The notes beneath the pieces are model-generated. The model was not told the origin of the DNA, did not search any database, and was given only the letters and a program-made list of their open reading frames with translations. A stretch of DNA of 64,000 nt from Octopus sinensis (Eukaryota): contig NC_043009.1 in the NCBI RefSeq assembly GCF_006345805.1, positions 7,440,001 to 7,504,000 of the forward strand, written 5' to 3'. The first letter of the stretch is position 1, and every line of letters starts with the position of its first letter. The translations under genes and the position numbers were made by a program. This document shows, in pieces, positions 39,521-52,990 of the stretch.

Positions 39521-40220
39521 CATACATATATACATACAGCTCTTGTATCCTGACTGAATTCTCATATGTACCTATCATCAGAGGTGCATTAGGTTATGTG
39601 GCTACAAATTTGCACAAAAAACCTAAATATATACGATTTCATGGAGAAAGAGCAAAAGAAACTGTGGCGGATTCTCCAAAGCCAATCCTATCAATAGCAC
39701 AGTAATTTCTTCATCTGAGATTCTTATGTGAAAAGATAAACACACTTGGGTGTATGCATCGATAGTTGAATCAACACACCAACAGAAACGCATATTTGAA
39801 AACGCCGGGAACTTTATAAATTCAAAAAGCCTGGTTATTTTCTTAGCGATTGGTTTGGACTTAAATCTTAAAGGCAAACGACCAGGTGTTTGAAGCTATA
39901 AAGATCTTGAAGATCTTTAAGATTTAAAGGATGATGCTTAAAACAAGATACTTTCCTTCCCAACCTTGCTCTCAACAAGGTGGCCGGTCAAAATTAAATG
40001 CAGAGTAAGAAGAGTAAGGGAAGAACATATACACACACATCGCGCGCACATACACACGCTTGTATATACATATATACATACACACACGTATATACGCATA
40101 TATACACACACATTCATACATTCATGCATACATACATACATACATACATACATAAATGCATTCATACATACATTCATACATGCATATATACATACATACA
40201 TACATACATACATACATAAA

Positions 40221-40430
40221 GTTAATCCAAACATGAAAACACAAAGAAAAAAGAGAACAACGCGAGGACGTGGAACAAGTATAGTGTTATTAGACGCTCA
40301 GGAAAGGAAAGAAAGAAGGGGGATTTAACTTTTCGAGCGGAGCTCTTCTTCAGAAACATAGGAAAAGGAAAGATCCAAAGAAGGGAAGACGGAGGAATAA
40401 AAATTGCCAACGATACACACGCGGTCACAT
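40221..40430 (-). mobile_element. Penelope-like terminus with minimal hammerhead motif
   Basis: Minus strand GTTT-CTGAAGA-A-GAGC-TCC-GCTC-GAAAA-GTT-AAAT (40357-40323); homologous to 2201-2379. Confidence 0.7.
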
Positions 40431-40606
40431 ACATACATACACACATACATATATGATGGATGTCCAGTTTTTTAATTAGTACAGCTATTACTGACGATAA
40501 GGAAATATCCATTACATTTTAAAAACATTTTTGGACTAACCTACCAAGACTTAATATTTGCTTCGTCCATTTGAAATTAAGTGAAAAACAGCTTATTTCT
40601 TTGTGT

Positions 40607-40859
40607 CTGGTGAGAGCCATTGTCTTTTGGTACCTTATTAGTTATCACACGCACCAGTCCGATATCCACTCATTTATTTATTTATCTTTTCTAAAATTTT
40701 CGTTGCGTCTTGCAGCCTTTTCAATAGTCATTGACTCTGTTGAAAAGGTTGCAAGACGCAACGAAAATTTTATAAAAAAATTAAAGACGTAAATGAGTGG
40801 AAACTGAACTGGTGAGTGTGTTAAATAATAAGGCACTAAAAGAGAATGATTCTCCCCAG
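40607..40859. mobile_element. Fully palindromic MITE, ~253 bp
   Basis: Inner 33-bp arms TAAAATTTTCGTTGCGTCTTGCAGCCTTTTCAA with one mismatch; degenerate symmetry out to CTGG(T/G)GAGA / TCTCCCCAG. Confidence 0.8.
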
Positions 40860-41356
40860 CAACAAAGAAATATGCTTCAACACCCGAATTCACATAAAGA
40901 ATCTTGCAAACCAAATACAAAAACGAAATAAGATAAGCTTATTTCTATTTTTAGGTATTATCAGCTCTTAGTAGGGTGATTACTAAGGATGTCAATTCGG
41001 TTAACCTAAAATCCATTATTTACCACGGATAAGTATATGCATGATAGGTCCCGAGCTCTTCTACGGGGGTTGACCACTGGTCTGTGTGGCGCAAAGAGAG
41101 TCCCTAAATGTGCCACATTACTTGGTGTAAAGCCTTGTGAGTCATTGAACGTATTTTGGGCTTCTGTCTCAATTGCCCTTTCAGTCTTCATACACTCAAA
41201 CGGGGACGTCAACAGCAACGGTAGTTCTTCGGAAATTGCTGAGACTCTCTGCTTAGTTTTGCTCACTAGCCAAAATGAGATACTCTGAAATAGCCGTCAG
41301 TGTCCAGCGCCGAGTTCTGAGAGCCATAAATAAGAGATATGTAGTAGCTGAAGAGT

Positions 41357-41676
41357 GAAGACGTGTGGCTTACTGGTCAAGGTATTCGACTCACGATCGT
41401 AAAGTCGTGAGTTCAATTCCTGGTGACGCGTTGGGTCTTTGAGTAAGACACTCTATTTCAAGTTGCTCCAGTCCATTCCATTGGCGAAAATCAGTAGTAC
41501 CTGTATTTAAAAGGCCAGGCTTGTCACACTCCGTGTCATGCTGAATCACTCTCAGTACTACGTTAAGGGCACACGTGTCTGTGTTTGCTCAGCCACATGT
41601 ACGTTAATTTCAGGAGCAGGCTGTTTTGTTGATCAGATCAACTGGAACCCTCGTCGTCGCAACCGACGGAGTGCCG
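41357..41676 (+). mobile_element. SINE family D
   Basis: tRNA-like head; body shared with long SINE C. Confidence 0.8.
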
Positions 41677-41844
41677 GTAGTTGGAGACGAATGCCTCTGT
41701 CCACATCTGAAGATGTGCAGCTGACAGGTTTACAAAGGTTCTACTCATTACACACTACTACCAAACTCCACACAACTCTAGAGCGGCAACATTATACTGC
41801 TTATATCTCTGAAGCGTATGTATGAAAGATTAAATATAAGAATA

Positions 41845-42060
41845 TACTCTTTTACTCTTTTACTTGTTTCAATCATTTGACTGTGGCCATGCTGGAGCAC
41901 CGCATTTAGTCGAGCAAATCGATCCCAGGGTTTATTCTTTGAAAGCCTAGGACTTGTTCTATCGGATCCTTTTTGCCGAACCGCTAGTTACGGGGACGTA
42001 AACACACCAGCATCGGTTGTCAAGCGATGTTGGGGGGACAAACAGACACAGAAACACACA

Positions 42061-42120
<60 letters not shown>

Positions 42121-42290
42121 TCACACACATATATATATGCATATATACGACGGGCCTCTTTCAGTTCCCGTCTACTAAATCCACTCACAAAGCTTTGGTC
42201 GGCCCGAGGCAATAGTAGAAAATAGTTGCCCAAGGTCCCACGCAGTGGGACTGAACCCGGAACTATGTGGTTCGTAAGGAAGCTACTTAC
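41845..42290 (-). mobile_element. SINE family A
   Basis: Consensus match with (TAAAAGAG)n tail. Confidence 0.9.
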
Positions 42291-42439
42291 AAGAGAACAA
42301 CGTTATAAAAAAACTATGTTTCTGTTATACGGTTCATGTAGGACTAAATACAGGATTATGTCTAGGACATTATTCAAATTGTGACTTTTTGAAGACTGTT
42401 AGTGTAATCTGATAGACATTTTGTTGCGTTTTCTTCCAG

Positions 42440-42470
42440 ATGGAGCGGCTACAGAGAGGATTTCGAATAG
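42440..42470 (+). other. Candidate 31-nt exon
   Basis: GCGTTTTCTTCCAG acceptor and TAG/GTATGG donor; two frames open; no homology recognised. Confidence 0.2.
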
Positions 42471-42868
42471 GTATGGAGATATTTATATTTTAATAGACCG
42501 AGGAATTTGCAATGACAGAGCATTCATGCGAAGCGAACTAATGTAATATATGTCAGACATCAACCATTCCCAATGGTCATTCGTGCATGTACTTCATACG
42601 GCTTGCGGCTTCGATTTAAATAGCCATGGTTTGGTTAACATCACACACATATTTATTAGCTCTTTACTTTAGTCAACACGGCACCACCTTTTGAACACTA
42701 TAGTTTACAAACGAATTAGATAAAAGATATAAAAAAGACTACACATATTTATATAGTGAAGTTTAATTATGCATATATACGTTTACATATATGCGATTAT
42801 GTTTGTATGTATGCATGCATGGACACACACACATGCACACGCACACACACACACACACATGCACATAC

Positions 42869-42909
<41 letters not shown>

Positions 42910-43884
42910 ATACATAATTTTACTTGTTTCAGCCGTTTGACTGCGGCCATGCTTTATCACCGCCTTTAGTTGAGCAAATCGACCCCATGATTTATTCTTT
43001 GTAAGCCTGGTAGCCGAACAGATTTTGTTTGTCACCTCTTCACAATTTGAACCCAGTACCAAAACGAGAGCAACCAGGTACCATAAATTATTTTGTCCAA
43101 CATTCTATTGATGCATCCACTTTTGCCAAGACTACCACGAATAATATGACGAATAGCAAAATAGTACCAAGTCTTCAATTTTTTAGGTTGGTACTTAGTC
43201 GGTCAACTCTAGAATTCAACCACGTCGTGTTTATTGTCTCGGTGGTTTCAAATGAAAAAACACCGCAAGGTATTATATTATGTATCCTTTGGATCTTGCC
43301 AATACTTGCATTTGCATATCTATATGTATACGCTTGGATTTTTGTCTGTATATCCAGAAACAACTCTGAAATTTCTCAACGAATATTTACCAAAATTGGT
43401 TTACCAGTCTAGATTTGCCATTTAATAATGTGTAACGTACAACATGAAGATCCACAGTCTCTTTCGTGCGCATGCCCAATCTGAGACTCTCTATCTCTCT
43501 CACACACACAAATACTAACTCAGTGGTGTACTTTTAACTTCGACAAACTCTCACCATGCAGCAACATGTTATAATTAACCTCACCGTTTCTGTTTTCAAC
43601 GAATGCTTCATTACGTATAATATTTTATATGCAAGATGGTTCTTCAACGAACTGATCATACCATAAGTTCAAGAAAAACAGAATGATATAACTCTACATA
43701 TTTGGTTGTAATGGACGCATATTCGTGTGTCATATAGCTAGCTAGAGGCGGTGGCCTCTTGAAGCTAATCAGCGACAGCTTTAGTCTTAGATTTAGACTG
43801 CTATATTAGTATGGCGATAACTATTAATATCCAGTAACGCTGCCGTAATATCCTTTAGAGAAACTTAGTAATTTTAATATTTCT

Positions 43885-43952
<68 letters not shown>

Positions 43953-43957
<5 letters not shown>

Positions 43958-44290
43958 GAAGATTTCAAGATGCAATGGATTTTTAGAGATGTTTATTGAC
44001 TTGACCGGTTTCACTTTTTAAGAAGATTGTCAAAAGTAAAATGTAAAGCTTTGTATAAGGTTTGTTGTGCTATGTACTGGCTATCACAAAAGTATTAAAA
44101 TAGAGTTATACATTCTTTGATATACTGGCTAAGCTTTCAGGCGAGTATACTTGTATTGATGTGGCAACATTTGAAATATTGTATAGGTAAATGCAGCTGA
44201 TGAAGACTGATCAAATTTACGTTGACAAACGTATTTGAAGAGTCAGAAACCGGTCCTGCATTATCCGATTCTAGGTTTTCCATTTATCGA
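43953..44290. mobile_element. Probable Penelope-like terminal region next to (TA)n
   Basis: Contains a hammerhead on the plus strand and a second GAAACCGGTC half-motif on the minus strand near 43992-44001. Confidence 0.5.
44190..44262 (+). ncRNA. Type I hammerhead ribozyme with long stem II
   Basis: Stem I AAUGCAG/CUGCAUU (7 bp perfect); CUGAUGA 44197-44203; extended stem II hairpin; GAAA 44246-44249; palindromic ACCGGU stem III; predicted GUC cleavage after 44255. Confidence 0.8.
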
Positions 44291-44490
44291 ATGTTCATCT
44301 TAGAGGTAAGACAATTTTTTCATGTTTGTTGCACTCACAAGTCTTAGTCAGTATATACGAAGTGAAGCTTTACTATAGCGTCGTAATTGTATCGACTGCT
44401 TTTTCCAGTGAATATTGGTGCCTTGTTGTACCACTAATCTATAGTTATATTTTACTGGAAAATAATTTATTTGTATTACAATATTTCATT

Positions 44491-44533
<43 letters not shown>

Positions 44534-44989
44534 ATATATAATATATATATATATCTGTGTGTAAGTGTTGTGTGTGTTTGTGAAAAATAAATAACGTTCT
44601 ATAAGTTAATTCATTTAAGCTAAAAAAAAAATTAAAGTGTCTACAAATCTTGCACTCGGGCAACGCCGGTTAATACTGAAAGTTTGAAATAATGAAGACT
44701 TAAAGCAAAGACCAAAATCAAATTTAATCAAGTGAAAATTTAAGATAGAAAGAAATCTTTAAAAAAATGGAAAAAGTTACAATAACGAAATTTATTGTAG
44801 TAACAATTTTAAAGAGGGGGAAAAAATAAATTTCAGATTTATGAGAGGAACGTGAATGAGATGTTAGGACGTTCATCCCTCCCAGAGGAAAATTAACAAC
44901 GTAAGTGAAGCGATTACCAACCGGGAATGTAAATGGTGTCACAGTCTCGGATCGCTAAGTGGATACTAACACACCCTTGCTGTCCGTCA

Positions 44990-45021
44990 AAAAATAATAC
45001 TGGAACAACAACAACAACTAC

Positions 45022-45107
<86 letters not shown>

Positions 45108-45126
45108 AATGATGATGATTGTAATA

Positions 45127-45180
<54 letters not shown>

Positions 45181-45182
45181 GT
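44990..45182. repeat. (AAT)n(GAT)n(AAT)n
   Basis: Direct observation. Confidence 0.95.
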
Positions 45183-46124
45183 TGAATGAAAAAACTAGTT
45201 ATGTTAATGAAAAATATGATAAATAATAAATAATAAATATTCAAATTTTTATTTGAACAAAATCAATAACGTTTCAGCATTAACCCCACTGATTCGAAGC
45301 AGTTGTAAGATAAAAAATAAAAATGAAAGAAAAATTATATATGACATGCTTGGTTGATTGGTGAATCTTAGTCGCTTGTAGAATTTAAAAGATTGTTTTT
45401 TTTTTTTTTTGAGGTCATTTAACAATATATTGTCAAGCTAGGCTAAGTCTTTACACATCACTTAGCGACATGCTTATCAAACTGAACAGTTTTACAGAGC
45501 AGAATAAATGAATTTTAACATGGAAAGTTTGCATATAAAATGAAAAGAAAAAAAACGAAGATATTAACAAAAAATATACATACATCCATGCTACACATTT
45601 CCAGAATAAGAATGATTAAGACGAATAAATCTTGTTATTAATTATAGGAAAAGAGTCATTTATTGTTGTCAGGAAAGCGTCGTCTGAGTTGACAGTTTCC
45701 TTACGGGGAAGGATAGGGTGGAAGAAGTTAATGAGTTCATTAGCGAGAGTTTCACATTTCTGAGTCGTAAAAATTCCACCGATGCTCAAATGAGATATCA
45801 ATTAGGAAACTGGCGAGTCGCTGATACGTCTGCCCACGATGCGATTTGAACCGCGAACTGTAAGCCAACTAAGTAGCTGTAATTGTCATTTTGTGAACTC
45901 TCAATTTCTGGCTGTGAATGATATCATTACGCATTATTTACTATGTAATACTAGGTTTAATTGCACCACCGAGAGGAAAATTTAGTAGCAAGTCACAACA
46001 GTGATCTATAGAAGCGGTCACTCGTGACGCTTTTAGTTTATAAATGGTTATCGGCAATATGTTCGATAATACCTTACTTTAGTATTGCTTCAGAACGGGA
46101 TCAACAGAATTTAACATTGAAAAC

Positions 46125-46520
46125 GGATCTTTTCGGTTTGAATGGCAGTTTTTAACATAATTTCTAGCTAACTAAAAAAATTTTAACTTCGTATACTGGT
46201 AGAATGTGTTTATAAAACATCTTTCTCTCTTGGCTTTATTGAGAAAATTCTATAGTTTGTAAGATATTTATGTTTTTTTTTCTATAGTTTCTGCAATTTC
46301 AAACAATCACTGACGTCTATTAAGGTAAAAATCATTCTGTGCCGTATGAACAGATTGGGTTTATTTACATTTGTGAAGAGAAAAAGATACCCTTCCCCCC
46401 ACCCCTAACCCTAACCCTAAAACAGATTGAAATGCAATAGATCGATTCTAGGGTCATAATTATGGGTGACAATTTCATATGACACCGCTAGAAAAACTGC
46501 CGTTCAAACCGAAAAGATCC
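46125..46520. mobile_element. MITE with 29-bp TIRs, 8-bp TSD and internal (CCCTAA)3
   Basis: TIR GGATCTTTTCGGTTTGAATGGCAGTTTTT with one mismatch; TSD TTGAAAAC/CTGAAAAC. Confidence 0.85.
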
Positions 46521-46912
46521 CTGAAAACAGCCGAGAAGATCCATATAGTAAAATATCCATCAAATCGCTCTCTGCCGCTTTCGAAAGTTAAGACACCTCA
46601 GACAATATAATACTAAAAACTTAGAGAAACTCTGCACTTTGGACACGACTAAAACGCATTTGATGAAGTTAAACAAATCAAGAGCCTCTAAGTAGTCATT
46701 CGACCGACTAGATATAGCAGTGAATACCCTTCTAAATCACATCATATCATAAATAAAAAGGAATATTTTGATCAATTTCGTCTCAGACGTACGAAGATAC
46801 AATAGTTTTAACTTGAATATTTATTTCTGGCCATGAGTTTGATTGGCCATGGCGGGTTGGCCTATAGTCGTGGCCAAAAGATTCGAAGATTTTTTTTCAA
46901 CCAAAATTGTTA

Positions 46913-47280
46913 TAGGCGCAGGAGTGGCTGTGTGGTAAGTAGCTTGCTTACCAACCACATGGTTCCGAGTTCAGTCCCACTCTGTGGCAACTTGGGCAAG
47001 TGTCTTCTACTATAGCCTCGGGCGGCTGACCAAAGCCTTGTGAGTGGATATGGTAGAGGGAAACTGAAAGAAGCCCGTCGTATATATATATATATGAATA
47101 TGTTTGTGAGTCTGTGTTTGTTCACCCAACATCGCTTGACAACCAATGCTGGTGTTTACATCCCCGAATAAGCACTACGCTTACAAAGAATATGTCCTGG
47201 GGTCGATTTTCTCGACTAAAGACGGTGCTCTAGCGTGGCCGCAGTCAAATGACTGGAAACAAATAAAAGAATAAAAGAAT
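46913..47280 (+). mobile_element. SINE family A
   Basis: Consensus match. Confidence 0.9.
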
Positions 47281-47518
47281 GTCAAGTACAATTCGATTCA
47301 AATATATACAATATTTAAAATTTGGGCATTTAATATATAAATTGCAATTTTCAGACCAATGTCCCAACATTTGGGCCACGACTGTAGAGCTAAACAACAG
47401 CAAAATAAAATATCAACAATCATAACAAAAACATCAATTACTCCTGCCGCAACTAAACTCGTCTACTTCCAGATTAGACCTACATAATCTAATTATGGTT
47501 TGACCACTTCCTAACGGA

Positions 47519-47935
47519 AAGGCGGCGAGCTGGCTGAAGCGTTAGCACGCCGGGCGAAATGCTTAGCGGTATTTCGTCTGCCGTTACGTTGTGAGTTGAA
47601 ATTCCGCCGAGGTCGACTTTACCTTTCATCTTTTCGGCGTCGATAAATTAAGGACCAGTTATGCAGTGGGGTCGATATAATCAACTTAATCCCTTTGTCT
47701 GTCCTTGTTTGTCCTCTCTGTGTTTAGCCCCTTGTGGGAAATAAAGAAATAGGTATTTCGTCTGCTGCGACGTTCTGAGTTGAAATTCCGCCGAGGTCGA
47801 CTTTGCCTTCAATCCTTTAGAGGTCGATTAAATAAGTACCAGTTACGCACTGGGGTCGATATAATCGACTTAATCCGTCTGTCTGTCCTTGTTTGTCCTC
47901 TCTGTGTTTAGCCCCTTGTGGGTAGTAAAGAAGTA
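47519..47935 (+). mobile_element. SINE family B dimer with ~20-bp TSD
   Basis: GGTTT(G/A)ACCACTTCCTAACG at 47497-47516 and 47936-47955; bodies 184 bp apart. Confidence 0.9.
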
Positions 47936-48074
47936 GGTTTAACCACTTCCTAACGAAATAATCAAAGTTGATGTATAACACGATTAGCGTTAACCCCTAA
48001 CAATTATCGAACCTCTAGAAAAGGCAGGTGCGACTCACATTGTTGCGTTGTTACCTCTGCAACGCACATAAGTA

Positions 48075-48400
48075 TATTTTGCATTCCAACAATAGAGTCA
48101 CCTTAATGATTGCCATAAATTCACTCACAGACACACTTCAGTCTTTGGCTCACAAGTATACAGACACTTCTTTCACCTTCCTACTGTTACTATTATGGCC
48201 TATGCGCCTCGGAGCTAGCTGTCATTCACTCCTTTTCCACTTACCTCATCTCCTATCACTCACCATGTTGTCTCCAAGTTCCACTATCCATTTGTTCCTT
48301 TATTCCTAGAATGCTAACATCTTGGAATCACCTCACTTCACTTTGCTTAAAATGTTACAGGTGAAACATCAAAGACATTGATCTCTTCGGTCTAAGAGGG
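48075..48400 (+). mobile_element. Degraded CR1/Jockey-group LINE ORF2 C-terminal fragment
   Basis: INSLTDTLQSLAH.. then, frameshifted, YYYGLCASELA...SFIPR..SWNHL resembles the C-terminal motif of CR1-like ORF2. Confidence 0.55.
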
Positions 48401-48462
48401 CTTAGGAAAGGCCTAGGCAATGTCACTTCCGTTGACCATCAAATAAGAACAAATTACAAATC

Positions 48463-48775
48463 TGGGGGATGCGCAATGGCCGAGTGGTTAGGGCAGCGGA
48501 TTCGCGGTCGGAGGATCGCGGTTTCGATTCCTAGACAGGGCGTTGTGTGTGTTTATTAAGCGAAAGCACCTAAAAGCTCCACGAAGCTCCGACAGGGGGG
48601 TGGGGGGGGGTGACCTCTGTCGTACTCTTTCGCCACAACTTTCTCTCACTCTCTCTTCCTGTTTCTTGAGTAACGCTGCGATGGACTGGCGTCCCGTCCT
48701 GCTGGGGGGGGGGGGGGGGCATACGTCACAGAAACCGGGAAACCGGGCCCATGAACCTGGCTAGGCTTGAAAAGG
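48463..48775 (+). mobile_element. SINE family C, short-tail form
   Basis: C head plus tail GCGATGGACTGGCGTCCCGTCC..AGAAACCGGGAAACCGG. Confidence 0.85.
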
Positions 48776-49604
48776 ACAAAGAAGATGAAGATGTATTACT
48801 TATCTAACTTCAAACTTACAAATGAACTTGCCCAGCAAGTGACATAATCTGAGAGAATGAGTGAAAGCAACAAAAATTACAGCATTCAAGACATCTTAAT
48901 CATCCAAAAGCTCACAAGATCTTTTGACTTTAATCATCTATTATTTGGTGTGAAAGGTTTCGTCGTTCAATCTGCAACCTGGTCACTCACACCAAATATG
49001 CTTTAAGGAGGTTAACAGTTTTGAAAGAACACTATCTTCCTCGCTATAATTGTTCAAAATTACATATAAAAACGAAAAACATAATCCGCTTTCTGTTTTT
49101 TTTTTAAGTATGCATAGTAACATAGCAGTTTTTAATGGGAATTGAGAATGTTAATATGTATATCTCTATGAATTATTATTTCAAAATTAAGGCGCTGTAC
49201 TCATCCATTAGGCATTTGACGCATGTGCAATCCGATAATTTGTCTACTTCAGCATGACAATTTTCAGCGGCAACTTTTCAAGCAATAGAAAGTATAGAAC
49301 AGTAACTAATGTGCTGCGAGTTGAATTAATACTGAACACTTGAGATAACCATCGCAAATAGATGAAAGATCTGCCTCCGAGTGCAACATATATTTCTTCA
49401 TTTCATACAGCAGAATATTTTACATATTGCATTTAATTGTAACGACTCTATCCAACGCTGGAAGTAATATTCTGAGTATTGATTGAGTTTAACTATTCCA
49501 ATATGCATTAAATACATAAGGATTTACAGATGGTACAAATACGTACAAAGGCATCAAATGTTAGAGCTGGATTCTTAAACCGGGTACATTTAAGAGTCTT
49601 ATAT

Positions 49605-49840
49605 CTATTATCTTTTATCTGCTACTTGCTTCAGTCGTTAGACTACGGCCATGCTGGAGCACTGCCCTTGAAGAAATTTAAGTCTTCTCTTTTCGTCTTC
49701 TCTTTTTTTTACGTTTTGTTTTCTTTTCTGTTAAACCTGGTATTTATTCTTTCGGTCTCTTTTACCGAACCGCTATATTACGGGATGTAAAGACACTAAC
49801 ACCGTTTGTCAAAGCGTTGGGGACGGACAAACACTAACAC
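49605..49840 (-). mobile_element. SINE family A 3' half
   Basis: Consensus match, diverged. Confidence 0.7.
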
Positions 49841-50029
49841 ATACATGCACGCATGTCTATATATACATATATATTATATATATATATATATATATTATAT
49901 ATAATATATATGCATACATATACTATATATATTATGAGTGTGTATGTGTGTGCATGCATACACACAGACACACATACACATACATATACTTAATGAGAGA
50001 GGCGGAGGATGGAAGACACGAGGACCTTT

Positions 50030-50248
50030 ATAATCCTTTCTATTATGGACACAAGGCCTGAAATTTGGGGGCGAGGGATAGTCGATTACATCGACCCCAG
50101 TACTCAACTGGTATTTAATCTATCGACTCCGAAACGATGAAAGGTAAAGTCCACCCCGACGGAATTTGAACTCAAAACATAGCGACGGGCGACATACCGC
50201 TTAGCATTTCGTCCAGCGCGCTAATAATTCTATCAACTCGCCGTCTTG
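50030..50248 (-). mobile_element. SINE family B
   Basis: Consensus match, alternative tail. Confidence 0.85.
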
Positions 50249-50719
50249 AGAACCTCTGTAATATTACTACAAATATTTCGACCTATCTCGCATCAATTCC
50301 TCGCGGGTGGGAAACTGCACAACTAACTGGTTTAAGTGTATCCGTTGCTGTAGATGTGTTTTCTCAGGTGATTTCAAGAGGTATCCTAATAAAATAAACT
50401 GTTTCGCATAACTTTTTACACTATGTTTTCTTCTTCATCTTCGTTGATATAAATGCAAAATCAATGAATACTGCTTTATTCTAAAAGAAAATCAATAAAA
50501 AATACCAAATACGAAAAGAAACAAATACACAATAAAGCGAAAAAAATTATTACATAAATAATTATTTAATATTTTTTCCACATATATATGTATATATACA
50601 AGAATAGATTAAATCTAGCTATGTATCAATCACTGAACATTTTTCTGTTTCATTGTGTGTGTGAATGTGTGTGTGTGTATATCTACGTATTAATAGTTAG
50701 GGTGTTTTATGCACGACCT

Positions 50720-51015
50720 GTGGAGGCACATGGCCTAGTGGTTAGAGTTGCGGACTCCGGTCGAGGGATCGCGGGTTCGAATCTCAGACCGGATGATGTG
50801 TGGGTTTATGAGCGAAACACCTAAGCTGCATACAGCTCCGGCAGAAGGTAATGGCGAACTTCTGCTGACTCTTTCGCCACAAATTTCTCTCACTCTTTCC
50901 TCCAGCATCGTGCAGCTCACCTGCGACGGACCGGGGTCCCGTGAAGGTGGGGAACCTATACGCCAAGAAACCGGGAAACCGGCCCTGATGAGCCAGGCAT
51001 GGCTCGAGAAGGAAC
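50720..51015 (+). mobile_element. SINE family C, short-tail form
   Basis: Colinear with 48463-48775. Confidence 0.8.
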
Positions 51016-51264
51016 TCACGATCTAGCGATCGTGATTACGATTCCTAGACCGGGTGGTGCATTGTGACATTGAGCAATATACTTCATCTCACTTTGCTCA
51101 GTGATCACTTCGACATCTAACGCGTGGTGCACAAGTGCACCATTTCAGACAGCGTCGATTTGACGGAGTAAAGGAGCTAATGTGCAGCGCAAGACATCAT
51201 TTGCGCAGGTTGTTCGGCAAAATCTAAACGCTCATATATCGTCTCTGATGGGAGAGTCCGTCAT

Positions 51265-51295
<31 letters not shown>

Positions 51296-51795
51296 TGCAC
51301 ACACATATACGCACGCACGCACGCACGCACGCACGCACACAAACACATATACATGGAGAATCATATATTTTTAATCAGCTTGCTTACGTATCGGATACAC
51401 TGGTATTACATAATGCTTTAAATTGTTCTCTATTCCAAGCAGTGTGGTGAAGCTTTGATAGTGACGAAGTTGTCGATCTCTGCAGAATCTTATTCGGACA
51501 TATATGGATCGATTAATATACATGATTTATTCATTGCAGCATTATGTAATACAAGTGTATCCGAGACGTGCGCAAGTTGAATAAATGTGAATAATTTTCT
51601 ATTCTTTTATATTGTCTACCGTATTTCGTGACCTTCTACTGAGTCATTTCAGTGTACGAACTTTTAATTTGCATAAATTTACATTCCACAAAACTAGGTG
51701 AATAACAATAGTTGTCAATGGTAAATTAAGTCAACTAAGTTTGGTCTTTACAGAAGGGGTTCACAAGTTTCTTTAATCCTGCATTTCTTTCGTGT

Positions 51796-51836
<41 letters not shown>

Positions 51837-52036
51837 TATACATACATGTATCGCGTATGCATATGCGCATATATTCACGCTTTTATACACATACATACAC
51901 ATATATCTTTGTATGTATATATATATATAATATATATATATATATATTTGTGCATTCATAAATATTTGTAGGCATATGTAAATACGTATGTGTGTAAACA
52001 CACACACGCGCACACACACAAATAAACACAAATACT

Positions 52037-52070
<34 letters not shown>

Positions 52071-52559
52071 CTGTTACATAAACATATTTATACATAAGAA
52101 AGTATCTATGTGTGTGTATTTACAAATACACATGCACATACATATTTATATGTATATATATCTATAAATAATGTACATATATATATATACGTACACATAC
52201 ACGCACACGCACACACACATAATCACACATATACATATATAAATCTATACACGTATGCACACACACACAGGCACATCCCCACACACACACACGCACACAT
52301 ATATGATGTGTACGTATGAATGTGGAGTAGGCTTGCCATCGTCTGTTTTTGCATCTCTTTCTTTTAGTCTGTAATCTCCGTTATTCCGTTTGCTTCGTTA
52401 TCTTCAACACGACTGCCAAAGGACGATATTAGTGGAGATAATTAAAATGGAACTAAATAACACACCAGGATAGAAGCAGAAATAAAAATAATATTCTTTT
52501 CCAAGATGACATTTCAAAGACAATAAGACACGTCAATATATTAGCAAAACATACCTGAA

Positions 52560-52648
52560 CATCATGATTATTATTATTAATATCATCCACATCATCATCA
52601 TGATTATTATTATTATTATTATTACTATTATTATTATTATTATTACCA

Positions 52649-52709
<61 letters not shown>

Positions 52710-52774
52710 TATTATTATTATCATCATCATCATCATCATTATTATTATTATTATCATCATCATCATCACTATTA

Positions 52775-52817
<43 letters not shown>

Positions 52818-52944
52818 GTTATTATTATTATGAAGATAACAAAATAAAAAAAAATATAACTAATAATACCCATACTTCAACTTATTACAGTAATTTCTGC
52901 AGCTACTGAGACTACTGCTATTTATAATAATAATAATAATGATG

Positions 52945-52987
<43 letters not shown>

Positions 52988-52990
52988 TGG
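52560..52990. repeat. (ATT/CAT/AAT)n
   Basis: Direct observation. Confidence 0.95.

Noticed and set aside
50960-51010. GAAAC...CTGATGA-hairpin in the SINE C short tail
   Set aside because: No UH cleavage site or stem I in any permutation; the paralogue at 48730 lacks CTGATGA.
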